Part shown: positions 6,621-14,331 of the stretch, one piece after another
How the letters are laid out: each line of letters begins with the position of its first letter
How positions within the stretch are numbered: the stretch's first letter is position 1
IMG/VR virus record: IMGVR_UViG_3300045988_069484
Coordinates: 1-16,709 of that record
Length of the DNA: 16,709 nucleotides
Direction: 5' to 3' (one strand)
DNA from: a virus
Translations under genes and position numbers: made by a program
Notes under the pieces: model-generated
Seen by the model: only the letters and a program-made list of their open reading frames with translations
Database searches by the model: none
What the model was told of the DNA's origin: nothing

Positions 6621-6637
6621 ATAGACACGGTGTCTAT
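6621..6637. promoter_or_regulatory. Palindromic candidate operator between the divergent promoters
   Basis: The sequence is ATAGACAC-G-GTGTCTAT, with 8-bp arms. A further half-site, ATAGACA, lies at 6583-6589 inside the spacer of the ATPase promoter. Confidence 0.4.
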
Positions 6638-6651
6638 AATTATACAATATG

Positions 6652-6680
6652 TTGACAAACATACATTATGATGATATAAT
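6652..6680 (+). promoter_or_regulatory. Consensus sigma-A promoter for the lysis and structural (late) operon
   Basis: TTGACA at 6652-6657, a 17-bp spacer ending in TGA, and TATAAT at 6675-6680. Confidence 0.75.
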
Positions 6681-6707
6681 TAAATAAGAAAGGATGTGAT
6701 TAAAGCT

Positions 6708-6911
6708 ATGGATATGAACGCAGTAACAACAGCAATTTCAACGCTTGGTTTCCCTATTGTGATGTGCGGTGCTATGTTTTGGTACATGATTAAAGAAAAA
6801 GATGCACATAAAGCAGAGATGGACAGCGTGACAGAAGCATTAAATAATAACACATTGATTTTGCAGAAGTTATGCGACAGACTGGACGGTGACAAAGATG
6901 GCAACGTATAA
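6708..6911 (+). CDS. Holin, BhlA/UviB-like (single N-terminal transmembrane helix plus charged coiled C-terminus)
   Basis: The sequence MDMNAVTTAISTLGFPIVMCGAMFWYMIKEKD... has the BhlA/UviB architecture. It lies directly upstream of the amidase and overlaps it. The start is ambiguous: GTG 6696, ATG 6708 or ATG 6714. Confidence 0.6.
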   Translation: MDMNAVTTAISTLGFPIVMCGAMFWYMIKEKDAHKAEMDSVTEALNNNTLILQKLCDRLDGDKDGNV

Positions 6912-7659
6912 TGTGCACGGTGGACACTCTTTAAAATGCCGTGGTGCTAGCGATTTACTGGATGAAGTAAATGAAGATAGAGCTGTAAAAAATAAGTTAA
7001 TCGAACTATTAAGAGCGAATGGCAATACAGTATATGATTGTACAGATGACTACAGTACAACACAGAACAAAAATTTATCTTCTATTGTTTCTAAGTGTAA
7101 CGCTCATACTGTGGACTTGGATATATCAATTCACTTAAATAGCGCAAGAAACGACAGAGTAGGTGATGGAAAATGTGGTGGTGTAGAGGTCTACGGATAT
7201 GATGATAGAATCTATGGTGTAGCTTATAAGATTGCAGAGAATATTGCTAACACACTTGGTATTGGGTTTCACGGTTCTCCCGTGAAATACGAAAAAGATT
7301 TACGTGTCCTAAGAGAAACAAAAGCAAAAGCGATTCTCATTGAATGCTGTTTTGTAGATGATAGAGACGATGTAAGCCGTTGGGATTCTACAAAGTGTGC
7401 TATGGCTATTGCATCTGCTCTTGGGTGTAAAACAAACGTGAAACCACAGACAAATGTTTCACGTGAAACATATTTTCCAGTTTTTAAGTTAAATAGCTGT
7501 TCCATTGTAGATTGCTTAAGATCAATCAATGTGGATTCAAGTTTTGTGTATCGTAAGCGTATTGCAAGTAAGAACGGTGTAGCGAACTATAAAGGCTCAG
7601 CACCACAGAATGACAAACTGGTTTCACTTGGTAAGAAAGGAAAGCTTATTAAACCGTAA
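6898..7659 (+). CDS. Endolysin: N-acetylmuramoyl-L-alanine amidase (Amidase_3 type) with a C-terminal putative wall-binding module
   Basis: Amidase_3-like signatures are HGGHS, ISIHLNS and ILIECCFVDD. It follows the holin. The C-terminal roughly 60 aa (..YKGSAPQNDKLVSLGKKGKLIKP) resembles modules seen in clostridial lysins. Confidence 0.8.
   Translation: MATYNVHGGHSLKCRGASDLLDEVNEDRAVKNKLIELLRANGNTVYDCTDDYSTTQNKNLSSIVSKCNAHTVDLDISIHLNSARNDRVGDGKCGGVEVYGYDDRIYGVAYKIAENIANTLGIGFHGSPVKYEKDLRVLRETKAKAILIECCFVDDRDDVSRWDSTKCAMAIASALGCKTNVKPQTNVSRETYFPVFKLNSCSIVDCLRSINVDSSFVYRKRIASKNGVANYKGSAPQNDKLVSLGKKGKLIKP
7454..7471. repeat. Palindrome ATGTTTCACGTGAAACAT, copy B (18 bp, in the endolysin linker)
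   Basis: It is a perfect 18-bp palindrome. The stretch 7450-7470 is identical to 10535-10555 (21 nt). Confidence 0.9.
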
Positions 7660-8696
7660 TGGCTATCAACATCAACAAAGGTTATCAATGGGCAATCAAT
7701 ACTTGCAACGCCCCAAATGTGGGATACTCTCAACAGTACCGATATCAAAAGACGGTAAATGGTATCACATATTATGATTGTTCCACGTTTGTTGGTTATG
7801 CAGTAATCGAAGCAGGATTCCCATTAAATATTAGTGGCTTCTATACTGGAAATATGGTAAGTATCTTAAAAGGGTTAGGGTTTACACAGTATGATAGCAA
7901 AGATGTAGAATGGAAACCATTTGACATCTTATGGCGAAGTGGGCATACCGAGATATGCTATCAAGGTGGCGGAGTGGGTAAAGGTATTACAATGGGAGCA
8001 CATACCAACGGTATCCCACTAGCTGACCAAGTAAGCATCAATAACAGTGAATCAACAGCAAACAGCTTTCCAATTCTACTGAGATACGGTGACGGCGGTG
8101 CGACCGGAATAGGCGCCAGTATATATGTAATCTCTGCGTTATGCGGTAATGCTTGGAGAGAATCAAATATCAACCCTGCTCTTAACGAGCGTGGTGGCGG
8201 TGGTTTCGGACTATTCCAGTGGACAGGCGGAAGAAAGACAGCATTGCTTAACTACCTTAGTTCACAAGGCTTATCAAGTACAGACCCTAACGGGCAGATG
8301 CAATACTTGATTGAAGAAAATGACTGGATTGGTACAAGCCACGGTATCTCTTCACTTGATGAATTCTTACATTCAACCAGTACAGATATTGCAGGGCTAA
8401 CCGAAGCATTTATGTCATGTTGGGAAAGACCTGGTGTTCCTGCTCTTGAAGAGCGTATACAGAACGCAAACAAATGTTACAATTACATTCAGACTCATGG
8501 TAACGACACTTCAATCAACAGATGGGTAGCAGAGGACAGATATTTAACAGAAGCAGAAATACTTAACAACGCAGTTTTAATGTACCGATTTTATAGCGTA
8601 GGTGGTGGTGGCGGTGGCGGTACACCTTATAAGCCAAAATCAAAGTTCCCTATGTGGTTCGCTATAATCGGTGGCGGTATTCAAAGGAGATACTAA
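7659..8696 (+). CDS. Tail-associated peptidoglycan hydrolase (functional analogue of phi29 gp13): NlpC/P60 endopeptidase plus phage tail-lysozyme-like domain
   Basis: NlpC/P60 motifs are YDCSTFVGY and GHTEICY. The tail-lysozyme-like motif is GNAWRESNINP...GGFGLFQWTGGR. A poly-Gly run is followed by a short hydrophobic C-terminal tail. Confidence 0.7.
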   Translation: MAININKGYQWAINTCNAPNVGYSQQYRYQKTVNGITYYDCSTFVGYAVIEAGFPLNISGFYTGNMVSILKGLGFTQYDSKDVEWKPFDILWRSGHTEICYQGGGVGKGITMGAHTNGIPLADQVSINNSESTANSFPILLRYGDGGATGIGASIYVISALCGNAWRESNINPALNERGGGGFGLFQWTGGRKTALLNYLSSQGLSSTDPNGQMQYLIEENDWIGTSHGISSLDEFLHSTSTDIAGLTEAFMSCWERPGVPALEERIQNANKCYNYIQTHGNDTSINRWVAEDRYLTEAEILNNAVLMYRFYSVGGGGGGGTPYKPKSKFPMWFAIIGGGIQRRY

Positions 8697-8697
8697 A

Positions 8698-9012
8698 ATG
8701 GCAGTTTTATCGAAAGAGGATTTTTTAAATCTAATCAAAGAGCGCACAAAAGACAGCACAGATGATGACACCTTAAAATTTATTGAGGATGCAACAGACA
8801 CAATTAACTCACTGTCAGATTCAGACGGGGTAGATTGGAAAGCTAAGTGTGAAGAAACAGACAAAATGTGGAGACAGAAATATAAAGATAGATTCTTTTC
8901 CGCAGGTGATAGCGCAGGAAATAATCATAAAGCAAAAGATGAAGAAGAGGAAGAGGAAGAAGAAAAAGACAAGGAAATTGTAGCAGAAAATTTTGACGAA
9001 TTATTTAAGTAA
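8698..9012 (+). CDS. Scaffolding protein (candidate)
   Basis: ATG at 8698 follows AAAGGAG. The protein is small and acidic with an E-run (EEEEEEEEK). It lies immediately upstream of the major capsid gene. Confidence 0.55.
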   Translation: MAVLSKEDFLNLIKERTKDSTDDDTLKFIEDATDTINSLSDSDGVDWKAKCEETDKMWRQKYKDRFFSAGDSAGNNHKAKDEEEEEEEEKDKEIVAENFDELFK

Positions 9013-9025
9013 AGGAGATGTAAAA

Positions 9026-10507
9026 ATGGCTCACAGAGTTAAACTAACTACACTTGATGCTAGTTCTCTGAAAATCATTAACACAATTAGAGAAAATGCA
9101 TCTTATGAGTATCAGCAAAATGTACCAGTAATTACTGATGCCAAAATGATTCCTAAAGTTGGGGAAATCATTGTAGGAAACGGATCACTACAGAATCAGT
9201 TCCTTAACGCGCTCATGAACAGAATCGCAAAAGTTGTGATTGAGAGTGCAACATTCAACAACCCATATGCACACCTTAAAAAGGGTTATCTTGAAACAGG
9301 TGAAACAATCGAAGATATCTTTATTGGTATCGCTAATGTTGTAGAATATGACGCTGAAAAAGGCGAAGCAAGAGAGTTCAAGAGAAATCTTCCGGACGTA
9401 AGAAGTGCTTTCTACGTTATGAACTGGAGAACACAGTACCCTCTTACAATCCAGGATGAAGACCTTAGAATGGCATTTACATCCATTGATGGTGTAACTT
9501 CATTTATCGCCAAACTGGTAGACGGTATTTACACAGCAGCTGAATATGATGAATTCTTACTATTCAAATATCTACTAATTAAAGCCATTTCACACGGTAA
9601 GACTACTCCTGTTTCAATCGGTGACGGTACAACACTTACAAATGATGCAAGCAAGTATAGAGGTATTTCTAACAAGCTTACATTTATGTCTAAGAAATAC
9701 AATCAGGCAGGAGTAAGAACAACAACACCAAAATCAAGGCAGGCTATCTTTATGGATGCCGAGTACAATGCGAAATTTGATGTAAACGTTCTTGCAAGTG
9801 CGTTCCACATGGAAAAAGCAGACTTCATGGGTAGACTTCACTTGATTGATGACTGGACAAGTTTTGACAACGAAAGATTTAATATCATTCGTGCAAATTG
9901 TGACTCAATCGAAGAGGTAACGGCAGAAGAACTTAAAGCAATGGAAAATGTAAAAGCTGTTCTTGTAGATGAAAATTACTTCCAAGTATATGACAACTTG
10001 TCAAGAATGACAGAACAGTATTGTGCAAGTGGTATGTACTGGAATTACTTCTATAACACATGGAAGACTGTGGCGGTTTCACCGTTCTCAAACATGGTTA
10101 CTTTCGTGATTGACGGTGCTGATATCGCACAGCCTGCAACAGTAACAGTTGAAGTTAGTAGCAAAGATATTGCAGAAGAAGCAACAGTATTTACACTTGA
10201 AGTGCAGGACGATAATGTATCTCTTGCGAACGGTGCTTACCAGTTTGTACAGACACAGGATGCAGTAACTAACGGAATCGCAATCCACAAGTATGGCGCA
10301 GTTATCTTCCCGGCAGGAAAGACCACAACTACACTTGAAATGATTTACGGTGGCTACAAGTATACAACAGATACAGCACTTACAACAGCTTCTAATGTGG
10401 GTGATACAATTGTCTTTAACAAGGGTGATGCAGTAGCGCTTACGGTAGAAGGTGGAAAAACTGTGGCTGACGAGCATACAACAAAAGGAGTTAAGAAACT
10501 TAACTAA
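9026..10507 (+). CDS. Major capsid protein with a C-terminal Ig-like domain (phi29 gp8-like architecture)
   Basis: ATG at 9026 lies 8 nt after AAGGAG. The position after the scaffold fits. The C-terminal roughly 130 aa are T/V-rich and beta-rich, like the BIG2 domain of phi29 gp8. A strong hairpin lies downstream. Confidence 0.7.
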   Translation: MAHRVKLTTLDASSLKIINTIRENASYEYQQNVPVITDAKMIPKVGEIIVGNGSLQNQFLNALMNRIAKVVIESATFNNPYAHLKKGYLETGETIEDIFIGIANVVEYDAEKGEAREFKRNLPDVRSAFYVMNWRTQYPLTIQDEDLRMAFTSIDGVTSFIAKLVDGIYTAAEYDEFLLFKYLLIKAISHGKTTPVSIGDGTTLTNDASKYRGISNKLTFMSKKYNQAGVRTTTPKSRQAIFMDAEYNAKFDVNVLASAFHMEKADFMGRLHLIDDWTSFDNERFNIIRANCDSIEEVTAEELKAMENVKAVLVDENYFQVYDNLSRMTEQYCASGMYWNYFYNTWKTVAVSPFSNMVTFVIDGADIAQPATVTVEVSSKDIAEEATVFTLEVQDDNVSLANGAYQFVQTQDAVTNGIAIHKYGAVIFPAGKTTTTLEMIYGGYKYTTDTALTTASNVGDTIVFNKGDAVALTVEGGKTVADEHTTKGVKKLN

Positions 10508-10518
10508 TTAAAACTTTC

Positions 10519-10556
10519 GTGTTTCACGTGGGATACAAATGTTTCACGTGAAACAC
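10519..10556 (+). promoter_or_regulatory. Strong hairpin after the capsid gene, with no U-tract
   Basis: GTGTTTCACGTG (10519-10530) pairs with CACGTGAAACAC (10545-10556), giving a 12-bp stem and a 14-nt loop. It contains palindrome copy C (10540-10555). Confidence 0.6.
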
Positions 10557-10575
10557 CACAGAAAGGAGAATAACT

Positions 10576-11055
10576 ATGGCAAAACAAACTTATGCAGATA
10601 ATGTTGATTCAAACGGCGTTGCTTATAAAACCGTAGGCGATAACATAAGAGAGGGAGCAAAAGGCGCTGAAAGTGTTGTTAAAGCTTTACAATCGGAAGA
10701 TATTACGTTTGATATGCAGGCGTTAATGAATGTACTGCCGTTTATGGATAGCACAAAGAAAATTATAGAAATTAATATATCAGCATCTAACGGTATATGG
10801 CATGCCGATAAATTTGAACAGCTTAACTCGCCATATGGTGTTGGTATTAATGCCAAATGTTATGGACATTTAATTGGGGAAATTAATAGAGGGGGAATAA
10901 TAGATGTTAATAAAATTACTCCGGTTGTAACAGCATCCCCGACAGGAACAAATAAAGCTTATATTAAATTTTCTTCTGGAATAACAAATAATGATGATGT
11001 AACCGATACTAATATTAAAATGTTCATTGTAACTGACAAAACAGTAGAGGGGTGA
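10576..11055 (+). CDS. Hypothetical structural protein (159 aa), at the position of phi29 head-fibre gene 8.5
   Basis: It has a strong RBS (AAAGGAG) and lies between the capsid and tail-knob genes. I recognised no motif. Confidence 0.5.
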   Translation: MAKQTYADNVDSNGVAYKTVGDNIREGAKGAESVVKALQSEDITFDMQALMNVLPFMDSTKKIIEINISASNGIWHADKFEQLNSPYGVGINAKCYGHLIGEINRGGIIDVNKITPVVTASPTGTNKAYIKFSSGITNNDDVTDTNIKMFIVTDKTVEG

Positions 11056-11059
11056 TACC

Positions 11060-12679
11060 TTGATTGAACCAAAAACAGATATCCGACTCCTAACCAACGT
11101 CCCTCTTGACCCAACCTACAACCACACCATTCGTTTCACAGACGTAACCGCCCAAAGCACCTACTTTGCGAACAAAACAAAACACCAATTATCACGACAA
11201 TCCTATCAGCGTGTGCAACGTGGTTACGCAAAAGTCCAGTTACCCGCAGATGATTGTTACGACTGCAACTATATGATGTTTCGCAACACTTCCTACGGTT
11301 CAAAGTGGTTCTATGCGTTCATTACTGGTGTAGAATACCTCAACGACAACGCCTGTTACATTACATTCGTGCTAGACGTTATGCAGACATGGTGGTTTGA
11401 CTTTACCATCCGAGACAGTATGGTTGTTCGTGAACACAGTGCCACAGATGCAATCGGCGATAATATCCTACCCGAACCTGTGAAACTTGGAGAGTATGTA
11501 GAAGGTAGCACTGGTGGAAGTATAAACCTGCTAAAAAATCTTTCTGTAGTGGTTGCAATTTGTGACAATGAAGAGCAAAATATCGGTGGTTTGTTTGAGG
11601 GCGTGTATTCGGGTTGTACCTATTACGCTTTCGATGTTACATCGGAACTTGAAAGAGAAAAGCTATTTGCACTAAACCTAAAATATGTTCAAAGTCCCGA
11701 TAGTATTGTAGCTATGTGGATGTGCCCAACAATGTTTATCGGGTCAAAAGATGATGACGGTAAAATCAAAAATACAAACACTGGTTCTTCCTACGATTCA
11801 GATGGCACAGAGATTTCTCCTGTAAACCCTGCTACAACATCTCTGAATGGTTATATGCCAAAGAACATGAAAATGTATACTTACCCATATAACTATTTCC
11901 AGTTTGACAATGGTGTAGATAATAGTCTTGTTTTAAGGTATGAATTCTTTGAGAACTTAACACCAAGATTCCGTATTGAAGGTACAAAGAATACACCCGT
12001 AAAAGCGTGCGTATATCCAACGCACTACAAGGGTAGTGGAGAAACACCATACAGAATGGAGTCACTAAACATGATGGACTTTCCAATGTGTAGTTGGAAT
12101 AATGACGCTTACAAAGTGTGGCTTGCACAGAACACCTACATCAATAAGGTTAAAATGGCACAAACCGTTACAAACTCAACAGTTGGTGCTGTAGCAGGTA
12201 TGACAATGGGAGCATTAAGTGGAAATCTTGGCGGTGTAGTTGGTGAAGCTGTCAACGCAATCATGCAACCTGCGAATGAATATGTGAACCAAACTCTTAA
12301 CGAATATGGTGCAAGCATCCAAGCAGACTTATTCAGAGGAACACTTGGAAACAGTAACTTGCTAGTCGCACAGGGAGAAAACAAACTGTTCTATCGTAGA
12401 ATGTGCATCCCTTATGAATACGCACGAAGCATTGATACATTCTTTACCATGTTCGGGTACGCTTGCAACAGGGTGAAACAACCTAACGTTTGTAGTGGTC
12501 AAGGTCTAAGACCTCATTGGAACTACATTCAGACAAGCGGATGCGTTGCTCGTGGCAGTGTTCCTGCCCCTGATATGCAAGTTATCTGTAAGATTTTCGA
12601 TAGCGGAATCACATTTTGGGAAAATGGTGAGGAAATTGGCAACTATTCGTACGACAACAGCCCCCGTATAAAGAGGTGA
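11060..12679 (+). CDS. Tail knob / distal tube protein (phi29 gp9-like)
   Basis: The TTG start at 11060 follows GAGGGGTGA. The N-terminus (IRLLTNVPLDPTYNHTIRF) resembles the gp9 N-terminus as I recall it. A G/A-rich hydrophobic loop (VGAVAGMTMGALSGNLGGVVGEAV, about 12155-12270) resembles the gp9 membrane-penetrating loop. Confidence 0.65.
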   Translation: MIEPKTDIRLLTNVPLDPTYNHTIRFTDVTAQSTYFANKTKHQLSRQSYQRVQRGYAKVQLPADDCYDCNYMMFRNTSYGSKWFYAFITGVEYLNDNACYITFVLDVMQTWWFDFTIRDSMVVREHSATDAIGDNILPEPVKLGEYVEGSTGGSINLLKNLSVVVAICDNEEQNIGGLFEGVYSGCTYYAFDVTSELEREKLFALNLKYVQSPDSIVAMWMCPTMFIGSKDDDGKIKNTNTGSSYDSDGTEISPVNPATTSLNGYMPKNMKMYTYPYNYFQFDNGVDNSLVLRYEFFENLTPRFRIEGTKNTPVKACVYPTHYKGSGETPYRMESLNMMDFPMCSWNNDAYKVWLAQNTYINKVKMAQTVTNSTVGAVAGMTMGALSGNLGGVVGEAVNAIMQPANEYVNQTLNEYGASIQADLFRGTLGNSNLLVAQGENKLFYRRMCIPYEYARSIDTFFTMFGYACNRVKQPNVCSGQGLRPHWNYIQTSGCVARGSVPAPDMQVICKIFDSGITFWENGEEIGNYSYDNSPRIKR

Positions 12680-12686
12680 TAACAGA

Positions 12687-13583
12687 ATGGGAAGAAACAG
12701 AAGAAACAAGTATAAAAACCAGTTTTTTACAAGTATGTTGCAAAACTGTGTATCATGGCAATACTACTATAACCGATTAAAAGAAATCGCAATTTCTTGT
12801 ATCGAATGGAAGAATTTACCTGATACCGTTGATGCTAGATTCTTGGAGCTGACATTGTTTGAAGATGGTGCAGGGGTTTACTTTAATGACGAGGTGCTTG
12901 GAAACTTATTTTTACAGGCTACTCTTGACGGTAGACTTAACGTATACCGTGAACCAATTAAGACAAAAGCGTATGCCGTCACAGGATACTTAAAAGACTT
13001 GAACGAGACAAACAGCGTTATTATCCATAACAATATGCTACACACGAACAGTGTAGAAGCTTGTAAAATGTTTGCTATGCGACTGGCTAATATTGACCGA
13101 ACGATTGATGTTAATATCAACGCACAGAAAACTCCAGTTCTTATTAAGTCAGGTGAAAATGAACGTTTATCCATGGTAAATCTGTATCAACAGTATGACG
13201 GAGGAATGCCTTTCATCTTTGGTAGTGACCAGTTGAACACAGACAACATCACAGCACTTAGAACAGATGCACCTTTCGTTGCACCACAGCTTTACGAATT
13301 GAAGACAAACATATGGAATGAAGCACTGACTTATCTTGGTATTTCAAACGTAAACATTACGAAGCGTGAACGACTTGTGAGTGACGAAGTGAACCGTTCG
13401 CAGGGTGGTAGCATTGCAAGCAAATTTAGTCGTTTACATGAACGCCAAACAGCAGTAGAGAAAATCAACAAAATGTTCGGAACAAATATAAGCGTAGATT
13501 ACAGGGAAGAACTTGATACAAGTTTAGATGGAATGGGTATTTCAAGTGGAACATCACAGAAAGGAGATGAAGCAGATGAGTAG
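12687..13583 (+). CDS. Head-tail connector / upper collar (portal) protein (phi29 gp10-like)
   Basis: NAQKTPVLIK and TDAPFV match conserved gp10 segments (NAQKTPVLIR, TDAPYV). The WKNLP motif is also present. The N-terminus is basic and the size is about 300 aa. Confidence 0.85.
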   Translation: MGRNRRNKYKNQFFTSMLQNCVSWQYYYNRLKEIAISCIEWKNLPDTVDARFLELTLFEDGAGVYFNDEVLGNLFLQATLDGRLNVYREPIKTKAYAVTGYLKDLNETNSVIIHNNMLHTNSVEACKMFAMRLANIDRTIDVNINAQKTPVLIKSGENERLSMVNLYQQYDGGMPFIFGSDQLNTDNITALRTDAPFVAPQLYELKTNIWNEALTYLGISNVNITKRERLVSDEVNRSQGGSIASKFSRLHERQTAVEKINKMFGTNISVDYREELDTSLDGMGISSGTSQKGDEADE

Positions 13584-14319
13584 TTACACAACAGAGGTGC
13601 GCTTTATCTGCGAATCTCTTTACCGACTGGAACACAGCACTGGCTACAACGATATTGAAAAGATACTGAAATCTGTTCACAAAAAGATATTCGACTTTGA
13701 CTATCCTATCTTTGATGAAAAATACAGAAGTGTGCTTGAAATCAAGATTTTGAGACACTTCTATACAAGGGAAATAGGATTCGAAACAGTTGGGTTATGG
13801 AAGTTGAAACTTGCTGACAAAATGAACACGATTATGCCGTACTACAATAAATGGTACGCTAGTGATTTACTGAAATTCAATCCTTTATGGGATACAGATT
13901 TTACTAGAAAAGGTAATATTAACGACACAAACAAAAGTAAAAACGACAGCACAGCAAACAGCACAACAACAGACAACGGTAAACAGACAAACAGTAACGC
14001 TAGTAAGACAAAAAGTAAATTTTCTGATACTCCGCAGGGTAGTATTTCAAGTCTTGAAGATGACACTTATCTTACAAGCGCAACGATTGACGAAACAAAC
14101 GGAAGTTACACCAATACAACAGAAAACACAAACGTAAACAATTCAACAAACACAATAAATCATGAAGCCACAAACTTAAACGAATACTTTGAAATCGTAC
14201 AAGGTAATCGTGGAGTATTTGACAATGGAACAATGTTAAAACATTACCGTGATACATTCACTAACATTGACAAGATGTTGTTAAAAGAAATGGAAGATTT
14301 ATTTATGCTATTATGGTAA
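13576..14319 (+). CDS. Lower collar protein (phi29 gp11-like)
   Basis: ATG at 13576 lies 9 nt after AAAGGAG and overlaps the connector stop. The position after the connector fits. It has an FSDTPQG motif and an N/T-rich low-complexity insert. Confidence 0.6.
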   Translation: MSSYTTEVRFICESLYRLEHSTGYNDIEKILKSVHKKIFDFDYPIFDEKYRSVLEIKILRHFYTREIGFETVGLWKLKLADKMNTIMPYYNKWYASDLLKFNPLWDTDFTRKGNINDTNKSKNDSTANSTTTDNGKQTNSNASKTKSKFSDTPQGSISSLEDDTYLTSATIDETNGSYTNTTENTNVNNSTNTINHEATNLNEYFEIVQGNRGVFDNGTMLKHYRDTFTNIDKMLLKEMEDLFMLLW

Positions 14320-14331
14320 AGGAGAAAACTT

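Noticed and set aside
6696-6716. A lambda-S-like dual-start holin/antiholin motif (M-D-M at 6708/6714, plus the upstream GTG at 6696).
   Set aside because: The residue between the two Met codons is acidic, not basic as in the lambda S107/S105 paradigm. RBS spacing does not clearly favour two starts. I note it only as start-codon ambiguity.
8941-8967. A GAA/GAG repeat run, and the GGT/GGC run at 8601-8621, considered as possible tandem repeats.
   Set aside because: Both are in-frame coding low complexity: the poly-Glu of the scaffold and the poly-Gly linker of the tail hydrolase. They are not independent repeat elements or CRISPR-like arrays.
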